Source: Octopus bimaculoides | Lineage: Eukaryota | NCBI RefSeq assembly: GCF_001194135.2 | Contig: NC_068984.1 | Location: 140,916,003 to 140,979,952 of the forward strand | Length of the DNA: 63,950 bases | Direction: 5' to 3' | Shown here: in pieces, positions 1 to 13,172 of the stretch | How positions within the stretch are numbered: the stretch's first letter is position 1 | How the letters are laid out: every line of letters starts with the position of its first letter | Made by a program: the position numbers and the translations under genes | Notes under the pieces: model-generated | The model's input: only the letters and a program-made list of their open reading frames with translations | The model's database searches: none | Told to the model about the DNA's origin: nothing

Positions 1-938
1 CAGACACACACAGATACACACACACATACACACACACACACACAGACACACACAGATACACACACACATACACACACACACACAAGCACAGGTTCACACA
101 CACACACACACACACATTTGTCCATGCATCAATGAACATATATTCAACGATTTATGAAGTCAATTACAGTTTAATATCCATCTCTGCTTATCCACCTCTT
201 TGATCTCTTCCATTGATCGTTACTCTATATTGGCAATTAACAAACTACATAGATTTTTGCATTACACTACAACAAAACACTTTATTACATTAAGTTTACA
301 GTGAACCAATCCTCACCCTGGTTCTCTGCAACATAATGCAACAGAGTGTTCCCTGATATTTTGTTCAGATTATGCATCCAAAAGCACTTGGAACACCCAA
401 TACAGGGTTCCAAGCAGGGTTCCATAGAGGTGAAACATGTAGGAACTAATATCATAAATAGTCTAACCCATGCCAGCATGGAAAGGGGACGTTAAATGAT
501 GTTGATGATGATAATGGAGAGGAGTTACAACTGGAGGAAATCTCCAAATTGTTTAAATGCGGAAATTTCTGGTATTCAAGTGGTTGTTAAGTGTCGGGAG
601 AAAGGGTACCCAGGAGTCATGACCTGGGTGTGGTGGTTTGCTTTTATGTGTGACCACTAAGCATTTTTGCCCAGTGTGGGCTAATGATTCTGCCAATTTG
701 TTGCCTTATCTCCAAAAACATCTTGAGATTCCACTGATGGAACCCAAAAATATAAAGCAGCAACCAAATTAGGATACAACCAATCTGGTGATTGTGTTTA
801 GGAAAACAAAATAAGCGTTTGGTATGTTGTGGAGGTTAGAATAAAATTAGAGAGAAAATAGGATCCTTGATAAGGAGTGTGCCAAGCGAGTACTGAAAAT
901 ATGCTTTCATCTTTACTTGTCATTATTGTAAAGATAGA

Positions 939-1322
939 GGAGGCGCAATGGCCCAGTGGTTAGGGCAGCGGACTTGTGGTCATAAGATTGCGGTTTCGAT
1001 TCCCAGACCGGGCATTGTGAGTGTTTATTGAGCGAAAACACCTAAAGCTCCACGAGGCTCCGGCAAGGGATGGTGGCGAACCTTGCTGTACTCTTTCACC
1101 ACAACTTTCTCTCACTCTTTCTTCCAGTTTCTATTGTGCCTGTAATTCAAAGGGTCAGCCTTGTCACACTGTGTCATGCTGAATATCCTTGAGAACTACG
1201 TTAAGGGTACACGTGTCTGTGGAGTGCTCAGCCACTTGCACGTTAATTTCATGAGCGGGCTGTTCCATTGATCGGGTCAACTGGAACCCTCGATGTCATA
1301 AGCGGCGGAGTGCCAGCAACAA
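939..1322 (+). mobile_element. tRNA-derived SINE family C (full-length copy)
   Basis: A-box TGGCCCAGTGG and B-box GTTTCGATTCC. Related copies near 2440-2630, 5030-5180(-), 36330-36560, 48040-48220, 49715-49935(-). Confidence 0.75.
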
Positions 1323-2629
1323 ATTGTAAAGATAAAAGTGGTGAGCTGGCAGAGTTGTTAGCGTACCAGGCAAAGTGCTTAGTGAAATTTTGTCTTTACA
1401 TTCTGAGTTCAAATTCTGCTGTGGTCGACTTTGTCTTTCATCCTTTCAGAGTCGATAAAATAAGTGCCAGTCGAATACTAGAGCAATGTAATTGACTATC
1501 CCCTTCCACCAAATTTCAGGCTTTGTGCTTATAATAGTGTTGTGTCGACGCCCCCAGGCGAAGAAATAGGATCTCCCAAGACATATAAATAGAGGTAGTC
1601 TGGCCGTGGTAGGAGTGTTGAGTAGCAATTGAGTAGCAGTCGAGTAGTAGTTGTGTAGCGGTTGAGTAGAGATAATCCGAAGGTGCTAGATAGCAGTAGC
1701 GTTGAGACATAACAAATAGAAAGGGTTATTGGAAAGACAGAATAGGTACCAACCTACCTGGATCAAAGGGTGGCTGAGCATAGATCCTTGGGGAAAAAAT
1801 GGAGTTCCAAAATTCAGATATATTTGTCGTAATGAAGATATTCAAAGAATTCTTGGGGTGTTACGAAGGACATGAGAGAAAAGAAGAAACCAGATAGTCT
1901 TGTGTTCTTTGAATTTTCTTCATAAACTTGACATTATTTCGGTTAAGTTACAGGAAACAGGCACTAAAAATAGAATCAAGAAAACAATACAACCAGGATA
2001 CGCCATCACAAAACTTAAATTACATTATTCATTAATCATTAATCACCACTTCCCCCACTAACTAAAACAAGGAAAAAGAAATAAATGCTATTATTGTCAA
2101 ACTTTGTTGGTTCCAAGAGATGAAGACTTTGGTAAACATTGGCAGAGATTTATTTCACAGAACAGCAATGAGGTTACAGACTTTTCAAAACATTGGAATA
2201 TTTCTGCCAAATTTTGACAAAAGACAGTAAATGGTCATTCTTACTAGAATCAATGGAAAATATTATAGTTCATTGGAAATCGGATGTGATTGTGGATATT
2301 TGGTGTGTGTGTGAGTGTATGTTTGTATGGATATATGTATGTGTGTGTGTGCGCGTGTGTAGTGGTAGTGGTGGTGGGTGGGTGATTGTGTATACGAGGT
2401 CTGACCAAAAAGTATTGGGACTGTTGCTATGGTAATGGAATGAAAGTAAGTAGAGTGAAGCCACTTGTCACAGACTGGCCCTGAACTCTGTCACACATGC
2501 ACACTGAATTGGTGTTAACCTTATGTGTGTCTGTGGAGTACTCAACCACTCGCACATTAATTTCATGAGTAGGCTGTTCCGTTGATTGGACCACCTGGAA
2601 CCCTTGTCATCGTAACTGACAGAGTGCCA

Positions 2630-3085
2630 CTTTATATAAACAAGCTCCAACATCTGGCAACTGATTTAGTAAACACCTACAAAATTATTAACCATTGCCC
2701 CAACAACCACCTTGAGCACCTTTTTGAGCCACATGTGTCTAACACATGTGGGCATGGCTACAAAGTCAGAAAACAGCACAGCTTCCATGACTTTCAGAAA
2801 CATTTTTTCACACTCAGAGTTACTGAAGCATGGAACAAACTACCAGCATCAGTTGTTAGTTGCCAAGACATTACATCTTTTAAAACCTCCATGATTCCTG
2901 AAATTCACCAACACTACACCTGATATCCCCCCCCCACCTCCATACACATGCACACATGTATATCATGACTCAAACACTGTTCACATTCCTGACTTTTGTA
3001 CATAATTCTATGTACTGTACATGCACCTTTGATGAGTTGTGGTGCACCTGAGCACTATACACAATAATTTCATTATTATTATTAT
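2630..3085 (+). mobile_element. CR1/L2-type LINE 3' end
   Basis: DLVNTYKII...TCGHGYKVRKQ...KHFFTLRVTEAWNKLPASVV...SFK, then a 3'UTR ending in the GTGCACCTGAGCAC hairpin and (ATT)n. Confidence 0.85.
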
Positions 3086-3950
3086 AACATATTGTAAGGC
3101 GGCGCGCTGGCAGAAACGTTAGCACGCCGGGCGAAATGCTTAGTGGTATTTCGTCTGCCGCTACGTTCTGAGTTCAAATTCTGCCGAGGTCCACTTTGCC
3201 TTTCATCCTTTTGGAGTCGATAAATTAAGTACTAGTTATGCACTGGAGTCGATGTAATCGACTTAATACCTTTGTTTGTCCTTGTTTGTCCCCTCTATGT
3301 TTAGCCCCTTGTGGGCAATGAAGAAATAAGAATTTCATCTGTCTTTACATTCTGAGTTCAAATTCCGCCGGGGGTCAATAAATTAAGTACCAGTTACATA
3401 CTGGAGTTGATCTAATCGACTGCCCCNNNNNNNNNNNNNNNNNNNNNNNNNNNNNNNNNNNNNNNNNNNNNNNNNNNNNNNNNNNNNNNNNNNNNNNNNN
3501 NNNNNNNNNNNNNNNNNNNNNNNNNNNNNNNNNNNNNNNNNNNNNNNNNNNNNNNNNNNNNNNNNNNNNNNNNNNNNNNNNNNNNNNNNNNNNNNNNNNN
3601 NNNNNNNNNNNNNNNNNNNNNNNNNNNNNNNNNNNNNNNNNNNNNNNNNNNNNNNNNNNNNNNNNNNNNNNNNNNNNNNNNNNNNNNNNNNNNNNNNNNN
3701 NNNNNNNNNNNNNNNNNNNNNNNNNNNNNNNNNNNNNNNNNNNNNNNNNNNNNNNNNNNNNNNNNNNNNNNNNNNNNNNNNNNNNNNNNNNNNNNNNNNN
3801 NNNNNNNNNNNNNNNNNNNNNNNNNNNNNNNNNNNNNNNNNNNNNNNNNNNNNNNNNNNNNNNNNNNNNNNNNNNNNNNNNNNNNNNNNNNNNNNNNNNN
3901 NNNNNNNNNNNNNNNNNNNNNNNNNNNNNNNNNNNNNNNNNNNNNNNNNN

Positions 3951-3984
<34 letters not shown>

Positions 3985-4584
3985 GATGGGCTTCTTTCAG
4001 TTTCTGTCTACCAAATCCACTCACAAGGCTTTGGTTGGCCCAAGGCTATAGTAGAAGACATTTGCCCAAGGTGCTATGCAGTGGGACTGAACCTGGAACC
4101 ATGTGGTTCATAAGCAAGCCACTTACCACACCTGCACCTTTTCCTTCCCTTTGAGTTATGGACGGTTTTTTCAAAACTCTACTGCAAAATGTTGATTGAA
4201 TGAAGAATTTATAAGTGATGTGATACGCTACATTTTAATAAGATAAATGTATGGATTGTGGCAGATCTTTGGAATTGAAGAGAGAAACGACATAAAATAT
4301 GATTTGTTAGATATATGAATACAGGTGAGAATACAGGTGAAATGAGAGCAGCTGAGTATTAAAGGTATAAAGGGTGTCAGGTGGAGTGTGTAGGAGATGT
4401 GAATGGATGATGAGTAATGGGACAAAAGAACTGTTGGGAGTTGGGAAAAGATATGCATGAGAGAGAAACAGTGAGAAAGATATGACAAATGTCCCTTGAA
4501 TCACATCTGTTCACCTTTGATATAACAATACCCAGACATTGCTTGGAACCTCTGCCACTTGATGAATAAATAGCAAAACAATAT

Positions 4585-4900
4585 ATGTATACACCACACA
4601 CACAAAAGCTGAAGGTCAGTGAAAAAGAGAACACCTACACTGAACTATTGAGAAGTCTGCACTTACTCTATCCAGATTACAAGTTCAGATTAATACCTGT
4701 AATTATTGAGGGCCTAGGATATGTAACACACTGCCTAAATACCAGTCTTGAGAAATTAGGCTTCTCAAAACCAGAAAGGAGAAAGCTAATTCGAAGACTA
4801 CAGATCCAATCCATCAGTGGAACTGTAAAAATCTGTTAAACTTTCCTGAAGTTTATCATTTAAATATATATGAGCCTGTCCAGATATGCAAATATATGCA
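4585..4900 (+). mobile_element. RLE-type non-LTR retrotransposon 3' end (restriction-like endonuclease C-terminus)
   Basis: KVSEKENTYTELLRSLHLLYPDYKFRLIPVIIEGLGYV...QSISGTVKIC fits the K..Y..L......IP+I+G.LG pattern. Confidence 0.75.
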
Positions 4901-4970
4901 TGAGAATACATACATAAAATAAATCATACAAATCTTCTCATATACATACATACATACAAGCATACATACA

Positions 4971-5004
<34 letters not shown>

Positions 5005-5245
5005 GACAGAGTGTGACAGGGCTGGCCCTTTGAAATATAGGTACAACTCATTTTTGCCAGACGAGTGGACTGGAGCAACGTGAAATAAAGTGTCTTGCTC
5101 AAGGACACAACGCGTCACTGAGAATTGAACTCACAGCCTTACAATCGTGAGACAAATCTAACCATTAAGCCACCCGCCTTCACAGCACATACATAAATAC
5201 ATACATACATGCATACACACACAAACACATATAGATATGTATATG

Positions 5246-5282
<37 letters not shown>

Positions 5283-5457
5283 GGGAGAATGTACGAAAAA
5301 ACAACAACAGACGAGGACAGGTGGTGTAAACAACAAAAGGATGTATTAGTATGACGCTCGGGAATATGGAAAGTCTTTGACGTTTCGAGCTACGCTCTTC
5401 AACAGAAAGAATACGGAGACAAGGAGAAAAACACGGAGAAAAAAAATTGAATATACA

Positions 5458-5460
<3 letters not shown>
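5283..5460 (-). mobile_element. Short hammerhead-bearing, probably Penelope-like (pLTR) fragment between (TA)n arrays
   Basis: 178-bp non-microsatellite insert flanked by (TA)n on both sides and containing the hammerhead at 5374-5410; no TIRs. The PLE assignment is inferred. Confidence 0.55.
5374..5410 (-). ncRNA. Minimal type-I hammerhead ribozyme motif (core variant CUGUUGA)
   Basis: Minus strand UCUUU-CUGUUGA-A-GAGC(GUA)GCUC-GAAAC-GUC^-AAAGA: 5-bp stem I, 4-bp stem II, palindromic ACGU stem III. A6 is replaced by U. Confidence 0.65.
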
Positions 5461-5502
<42 letters not shown>

Positions 5503-7764
5503 ACACACATGCATGGGCCTACCCATGCGTGGGCCTACCCATGCATGAGCCTACTCATGTCTGCATTGAAAACGGACATTAAACGATGATGATGATGATA
5601 ATAATTATGATAATATACACACAGGTATACATGGTAAAAGCAAGTGTAGAAGCAGCAATAACACCAGCCAAATCTTGATGTGAAAAACAACTCTGCTTGC
5701 TTTTTATATGTGAGGTGTGTCTTATTTTCTATAAATATAGTTTCTTGTCGTGTCACAGTGAGTTATACATTCACACTTTATATCTCCGTGTGTCATGCAG
5801 CAGCTATTTCACTTGACTAATAATTTAGTTCAGTGGCTGTCGACCAAGGTCCATACGAACCTAGGTGGTTCATATAAATATTTTGTTGTTAAAATTTATG
5901 TGCAATAAATTTGTTACGCTTCGATAATACACAAAATATTTTAGGAATTCCTAATAACATTTAGTGATAAAAATATAATAGGATCGTTTGAATATCAAAT
6001 AGCTATGTAGAGTCCAGTAGAATAAAGTAAGAATCAAGTGTATTCTTAGGTAGAAAAATGGATGAGAACCACTGATTCAGCTGAAGGGTGAGTAGCTGAA
6101 TTGTTATGCAACATGAGACGAATTTCTTTGGATCTGTTGGTTCATTGGTAATTTTGCCATCTGCAGCTAGCTTCACCACACTCCTCATAATTAGTGCTGG
6201 ATTAACCATTAACCCATTCATTACTGTGGTTATTTTCAGATGCTTTTCTTATTAAGCTACAGTGCACCTGAGCACTTGATAATTGGCGGTGACTTGGTCA
6301 GTGAATTCTCTGCGATGATTGGCAATGGACAGCCAGATGAGTTGCTATGGACCACACTGTCCCAAAGTATGTATGCAAGTGAATAGGGACCACTTGTGAA
6401 CTTGTGTTCTCCCTGAAACTCTAAGCATGAACTCTACACCTCGACAACAACTGTTGACAATGGCTAGTGTGTCTGCTTGCTCTCTTCCACTGGGGCATTT
6501 TCAAATTTACAAGCTGGAATTTTGGGCTGCAGGCAGAAGCATTACTTTGCCTGCTAGAACGTTAAGGCCAACCGTCGGATGTGGTCGGCATTCATGAAGG
6601 ACGTGGTGAACTCGTTGGTCAGAGCCAGCTAAACCTACTCCTAGTGAATGCTGTTGCAAGTACAAGGAGAGGATGAGGTGGGGCACAATGAGTAATATTT
6701 ACAACATTTTTTTTAATTTGAGAAAAAAAAGTATTTTTTATGAATGTTCACTACTTTACAAAAACTATATCAGTTAAGCAAATGCCTTTCACTAAATGTA
6801 TTATAAACATTATAACATTCAGGACATTATTTCAGAAAATTATCTCTTTGAGCACATAGAAAACAAATTCTGATGGGGCAAAATGAGCAAGGCAAAATTA
6901 GGTAAATTTGCCTCTTCAATTCCCCAGAATTACATTTGGCAAAAGACTCATATACATCACTATCCATCCTCAGACATCAGAACGAACAGACATACAATAA
7001 AAATTTAAACTATCTGGACCAAATTGAAAAGGGTTCATAGAAAAACGGTACATGATATGAAATTAAAGAAATACAACTAAATCAAAAAAACTCAGCATAA
7101 AATATTCTCTAGAGCTTCTTTGCAATCTGCTGGAGTTGCTCTCTTCCTGATATATTTACTTGCCATGCCGTTAAAGAGAAGAAATTATTGAAATTCGTAA
7201 TTACTCATTTTGGCTCATCTTAGACATGTTATAAACCCAAACTGGAATATCTAAGGTTTTAATCGACTAAAAATACAGTAATCTACAATACAAACAAAGA
7301 TTGTTAAATTGTAAGCAAAAATAAACTTCAACGCAATAACAGTTTTAGGCAGCGAGTTGCTACAAGTCTCGACAAACTAAAACTAACACTGAACCATAAA
7401 CAGAACAGAACTCTGTGCAGTTGCACATCAGGCAAATAACAGCAATCAAGACAATCAAAGTCACGTGATCAAAACTAAAATAACAAGACATTAGCGTGGG
7501 AAAAAAATTGACTTGGAATCCAAGAGAGAAAAGAATTTTGATTGTTAAACACTAAAATTTGTCCAGATATCTTATTAGCAATCTTAATTACAATCAGGTC
7601 AACACTGAGGAAAAATTCCTTGAAAAACAATGCACCTGTCACATGACTATACTTCAAGCTCTCTCAACTTTAACACCAATAAGTATGCTGACCAATTTCT
7701 ACCCCTAAGGACGACACAACAGTACAAAACGATGATTAATTACTTGCAATGTGATGGTTTAGAA

Positions 7765-9044
7765 CAGTGGTTCCCAAAGTGGGAGGTATTGCCTCCTTGG
7801 GGCGGTGGAAAGTTCCAAGGAGGTGTTGAAGAAAAGTGGAGCGATAACGGGGTAGCGATTCATGTGAAAATTGGGCGCTATAATGGGGTGGCAATTCATG
7901 TAAAAACAACAAAATAATGGGTTTATTAGGATATAGCTTTGTTAAGTTATACGTAAACAAACGAGTGGAGACGAGTATGCATTTACTAAAGGTTTATTAC
8001 TTTAGATACAATAGGGCTTAAGCCGTCGGTTATTTTGGTATAGTTCCTTCCGATTCGTTTCACGCACGCTGTTGACATTCTTCTGTTATCGTTCTCCGCC
8101 CGGAAGTCTTTTTTTTTTCCTGCTGACCAACTTCGTAGCTCGCCCGCAGCAAAGTACCTGTCTACAGTTCGTCTGCCACGAATCCTACCCTACATAGCCT
8201 TCCACCCCAGAACTGTAGGCTGTCTCTGGAAACGGGATGGCGTTTTAATTGTCCTATCCCTGCGTGAGGATACTCGATTCTTTGGTGACTGTTCTTTGTC
8301 AAGGGCTGGTGTGATCTGTCTGCGACGGCCCCTGTTTGGTGGTTGGGCCACCTGGACAGGGCTGTCAGTATCAAGATGAGCAGGTTTCAATCTGTCGATG
8401 GAAACTGTCTTGTCGCCCACCAATTAGGAGTTGGAATGTTTTATCTCCTGGATGTTTGACTTGATATGGGCCATCGTAGGGTGACTGGAGGGGTTTTCGT
8501 CGTGTGTCACGTTGAACGAACACAAAGTTAGCCGTACGGAGGTCATTTGGTACGGATGATCTGGGTGTACCGTGTGTCGACATGGGAACGGCGCAACTAG
8601 CCCACGCTGTCTCTTAGTTGAGCGAGATACCTTTTGACATCCGGGTCTGAATTCGTATTCGGAAGGAACTCTCCTGGCACTGTAAAGGGAGCACTGTACA
8701 CCATTTCCGCGGAGAAACTGTTGAGATTTTCTTTTGGGGCAGTGCGGATTGCCAGCATTACCCATGTGATTCCTTCAGGCGGCGGTGAAATCTCTCCACT
8801 AATCCGTAGGCCTGTGGGTGATAGGCTGTTGTGCGGTTCTTTGTGATTCCGAAAAGGTCGCACATGTCATTTCGTCTGTCACGAATCCTACCCTACTTGG
8901 TTAAGTTTTATTAGTTCAATACAGTTGTTTTGAATTTGCTTCAGAAAGAGGTCTATGTTTCTGATGGTAAGTTGGGGTGGGGGCGCTAGGAAAGTGGTCT
9001 GGGTGTCAAGGGGGTGGAAGCCCGAAAAAGTTTGGGAACCACTG
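7765..9044. mobile_element. hAT (Charlie-type) MITE carrying a nested Gypsy insert
   Basis: TIRs CAGTGGTTCCCAAA / TTTGGGAACCACTG; 8-bp TSD GTTTAGAA (7757-7764) / GTTTAAAA (9045-9052). Confidence 0.85.
7949..8896 (-). mobile_element. Internally deleted Ty3/Gypsy element: 26 nt of 5' LTR, integrase C-half, PPT, 3' LTR
   Basis: CDLFGITKNRTTAYHPQ, WVMLAIRTAPKE, VFVQRD..RKPLQSPYDGPY and VSIDRLKPA motifs with frameshifts. PPT GGGGTGGAAGGCTA precedes TGTAGGG at 8194, and the LTR start recurs at 8871-8896. Confidence 0.9.
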
Positions 9045-9349
9045 GTTTAAAAGAAATTAAAAAAAGCGAAAATGAAACAAACAGAAATTACTCATTTTGC
9101 CCCATCCATATACAATAATTTCATTATTATTATTATTATTACTATATGTTTGACTTTTGTTTTGCATTTGTACAAGTTGGATCCAAGTCTCACCCAGAGA
9201 CCTCAAGAGACAACAAGTTAGAAGTTCATGTAGGTGTTATGCCTAGGGTACCATATATTTGGATTTGTACAGTTTTGTTCAAGTGAATGTTTAAGAAACC
9301 ATAAGAAAATTATGTGTTTACTTTAAAATTTGAGATCACATAGACAGTA

Positions 9350-9423
<74 letters not shown>

Positions 9424-10722
9424 TGGTCGACTAGGTTTGATTTGGAGGAGAGGGTTAATGTTCTTTTGGTGAAGTGGTTAAGGCGGAAGACTTAAAACGT
9501 TACCGAGTTTAACACAACCACATCACCTGGTATTCTGAGAGTCTTTAGCAGACTCCATTCATTTGTTAGTATTCTGTCTCGGATTTCTGTCAGAGGATAT
9601 CTTCGTCCCTCTCCGTCGCCAGTCTTGGATTACCGGTAAAGCTGTGGGCAATTCCCACCCTTGTGATTATGAGTCAAAACAAGATATACAATGATAATCC
9701 AACAAATATTTTATTTTAAAAACTCTTGGTTTTGTTGTAGTAAAATAGCGAAAATAAAAGAAAAAATTAGATGCTAAGAAAAGACAACTTCTGCATTCCA
9801 TGAGTTACCTCCCTTAAACATTTCTAAATTTTCACTAAATAACATGTAAGGTTCTGGAGTCAGGGAAGAAATTTTAAACTGTTAGAAATAACAGCCAAAT
9901 CTTAACATACATACATACGTAATGCATACATACATACAAACATACCCACATATACATAACTACATATATACATACATACACACATAATGCATACATACAC
10001 ACATATACATAAAAACATATACACTTACATACATACATATGCATATAAACATACACACATACACATATATACATATACATACATACATACGTACATACAT
10101 GTTGGGTTTCCTCACAGTTTCCATGAACCAAATTCACTCACAAGTTATTGGGTCACCCTGGGGCTACAGTAGGAGGCGCTTACCCAGGGCGATACACAGT
10201 CAGACTGAATCTGAAGCCACAATGTCTCAAAGCAAAATTAACCACAAAGCCATGTCTGCATCAATAAACATTTGAAAGAATTTATTTCATTATTTCTCTG
10301 GCTGTAAACTACTTTTATTGTGCATCTACTACATGTCAACTCTTACTTCTATGCGTCTGCCTGTCTGCCTGTCTGCCTACCTGTCTGTCTGTCTGTGAGA
10401 CACCTGTATTTCTTGTTCATCCATAGTTTAAATTAAGTGTACTGCATGAGATTCCTATCTATTTCTTTTTTGCATATTGAACATGGCCACTCCCTTTTAT
10501 ATATCTGTCTGTTATATCTAATAATAATTATTATTATTGTTATTATTATTATTATTATTGAGTGAGAGAGCAGTGCATGCCATCAAAGCGACAATGGGGT
10601 AAAATATACAAAGGCCAGTATACCCATCATGACTACCCGTCTGATAAGGGTACACCAGGCACATGCATCACAACCATATGTGCATGACATGGTGATCTTA
10701 TATCAAGATAAATGGTGCTATA

Positions 10723-10782
<60 letters not shown>

Positions 10783-10791
10783 ACTATTATT

Positions 10792-11319
10792 GAGTGAGAG
10801 AGTAGTGCATGCCATCAAAGTGACACTGGGGTGCAAATATACGAAGCCCAGTATACCCTTCATGACTGTCCATGTGATAAGGGTACACCAGGCACATGCA
10901 TCACAACCATATCTGCATGACATAGTGACTCATATCAAGATGCATGCCCAGTTAGAATTTTCTTCAGGTTGAGTAGCCCATCCTGCTCAAAAAGTCCCTG
11001 AATAAGGTTTGTTTAGGATGTTGAACAAAACGCCCATGTTTTCAAAAGTGAATCATTCGAACTCCAAAGAATTCCTCTCGTCATACGGTCATGATGCGCC
11101 GCCACTACTTCTGCTTTTGATCAGAGATGCACATATCATCAGCCATCAAGGGACATGGTCAGCTGGTTAAGGTCAAACAACTGACAAGCAAATCTGTGGT
11201 ATTGAGCAGACTATTTGCTGTTGCCCATCTTTTATACCAAGACAACTCAATGTACATAACACTTCCAATCGATTAAGATCAGAAGCCATGAGAGCCACAG
11301 CCTAGTACTGCATCGGGGC
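10792..11319 (-). mobile_element. ~530-bp non-coding retroposon in a TAA/ATT array (longest copy of family E)
   Basis: Sense 3' end ...GCATGCACTACTCTCTCACTC(AAT)n. 5'-truncated copies at 10560-10720 (-), 15273-15430 (+) and 55178-55455 (+). Confidence 0.75.
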
Positions 11320-11372
11320 TATTATTATCATTATTATAATTATTGTTATTATTATTATCATTATTATAATTA

Positions 11373-11415
<43 letters not shown>

Positions 11416-11689
11416 TATATGAAAACTCTCAGCTTATTTTGTTGGGTATAATAATCATAATAATAATGATAATAATAACAACAACAACAATATGTCTTTT
11501 TGAAAATTGTATTAGCTGAATTTTATCAACTTAAACTATCATGATTTTTCTCCAAAACTAGGTTGAGTTTCAACTCCAGCCAACAGTATGTCAACTGGGT
11601 GTTTTAATGTTTTAATGTTACAATTACACTTTTTTCTTTCAACCAATTAGCCATCTGTTCTACATTTATTCCACATTTTCTACATTATT

Positions 11690-11727
<38 letters not shown>

Positions 11728-11876
11728 TTCATATACTTAATATTACTCTTATCGACACATATTACTATTATTTTTAAATGTTTAAGTTCATGTAACTCCT
11801 TTTCATTACTCACAATACACCAGCAGTAGGGATATATATATGCATACATATATATATGCATACATATATATATATG

Positions 11877-11925
<49 letters not shown>

Positions 11926-13172
11926 GCATGTATGTATATGTGAGTGTATGCATAAAAATATATCCATATTTATATTTATATGTATGTTTTTCTTTGAGCA
12001 TATGTATGCATGTAAGTATATATATGTGACTGTATGTATCTAATTTCATGTATGTATATGTGTGTGTGTGCATGCGTGTGTATGCGTGTGTATATGTATG
12101 TGATTGTTTGTATTTTGTTTGTATTTAATTTCATATATGTATATGTGTGTGTGCATGTGTGTGTATGCATGTGTGTGTATATGTATGTGATTGTATGTAT
12201 CTAATTTCATGTATGTATATGTGTAAGGGCATGTGTATATGTGTAAGTGCATGTGTATATGTGTGTATGTGTGTGTACAGACAGACTGTGATGGTCTTTG
12301 AGCGTCTCCAGTGAGGATGATATCATGCCATCCTTTCTATTATAGGCACAAGGCCTGAAATTTGGGGGAGGGAGATAGTCGATTAGATCATCCCCAGTAC
12401 ATAACTGGTACTTAATTTATCGACCCCGAAAGGATGAAATATAAAGTCGACCTTGGTGCAATTTGAACTCAGAACGTAGCAACTGGTGAAATACCGCTGA
12501 GCATTTCGTCCAGCATGCTAACAACTCTGCCAGCTCTCTGCCTTTTGTCGTGCCATCCAACATCTTAGAACAGAGCCTCAGGCTCAATTCAGACAGCTAT
12601 ATGAAGGCTGCTGCAGACTATGGTCAAATGCTGGCTGGAGAGGGTTGCCCAAGATGCCACGCAATGGGACTGAACCCGGAACCATGTGGTTGGTAAGCAA
12701 GCTACTTACCACACAGCCACTCTTGCGCCTATTGTTTAAATATTTTGTTTATTCATCATCATTATCATCATCGTTGTTTAACGCCCGCTTTCCATGCTAG
12801 CATGGGTTGGACGATTTGACTGAGGACTAGTGAACCAGATGGCTACACCAGGCTCCAATCTGATTTGGCAGAGTTTCTACAGCTGGATGCCCTTCCTAAT
12901 GCCAACCACTCAGAGAGTGTAGTGGGTACTTTTACGTGTCACCCGCACAAAGGCCAGTCAGGCGGTACTGGCAACATCCACACTCAAAATGGTGTATTTT
13001 ATGTGCCACCCACACAAGAACCAGTCCAGCGGCACTGGCAATGATCTCGCTCGAAAGTCCTTTTGTAGATATAAAACCAATTTATTGCAAATAAACTTTA
13101 AGAACAAAATTTTATATGACCCTCCAAGGGCCATATGGCCCCTGGTTCAGAATCACTACTCTAGATTGAGTG

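Noticed and set aside
939-1010. tRNA-like sequence
   Set aside because: It is the head of a SINE; no complete cloverleaf or acceptor stem, so it is not called as a tRNA gene.
7080-7500. Minus-strand MASKYIRKRATPADCKEALENIL downstream of TCACGTGA, a possible DNA-transposon 5' end
   Set aside because: Only ~24 codons, with no TIR or catalytic motif found; insufficient support.
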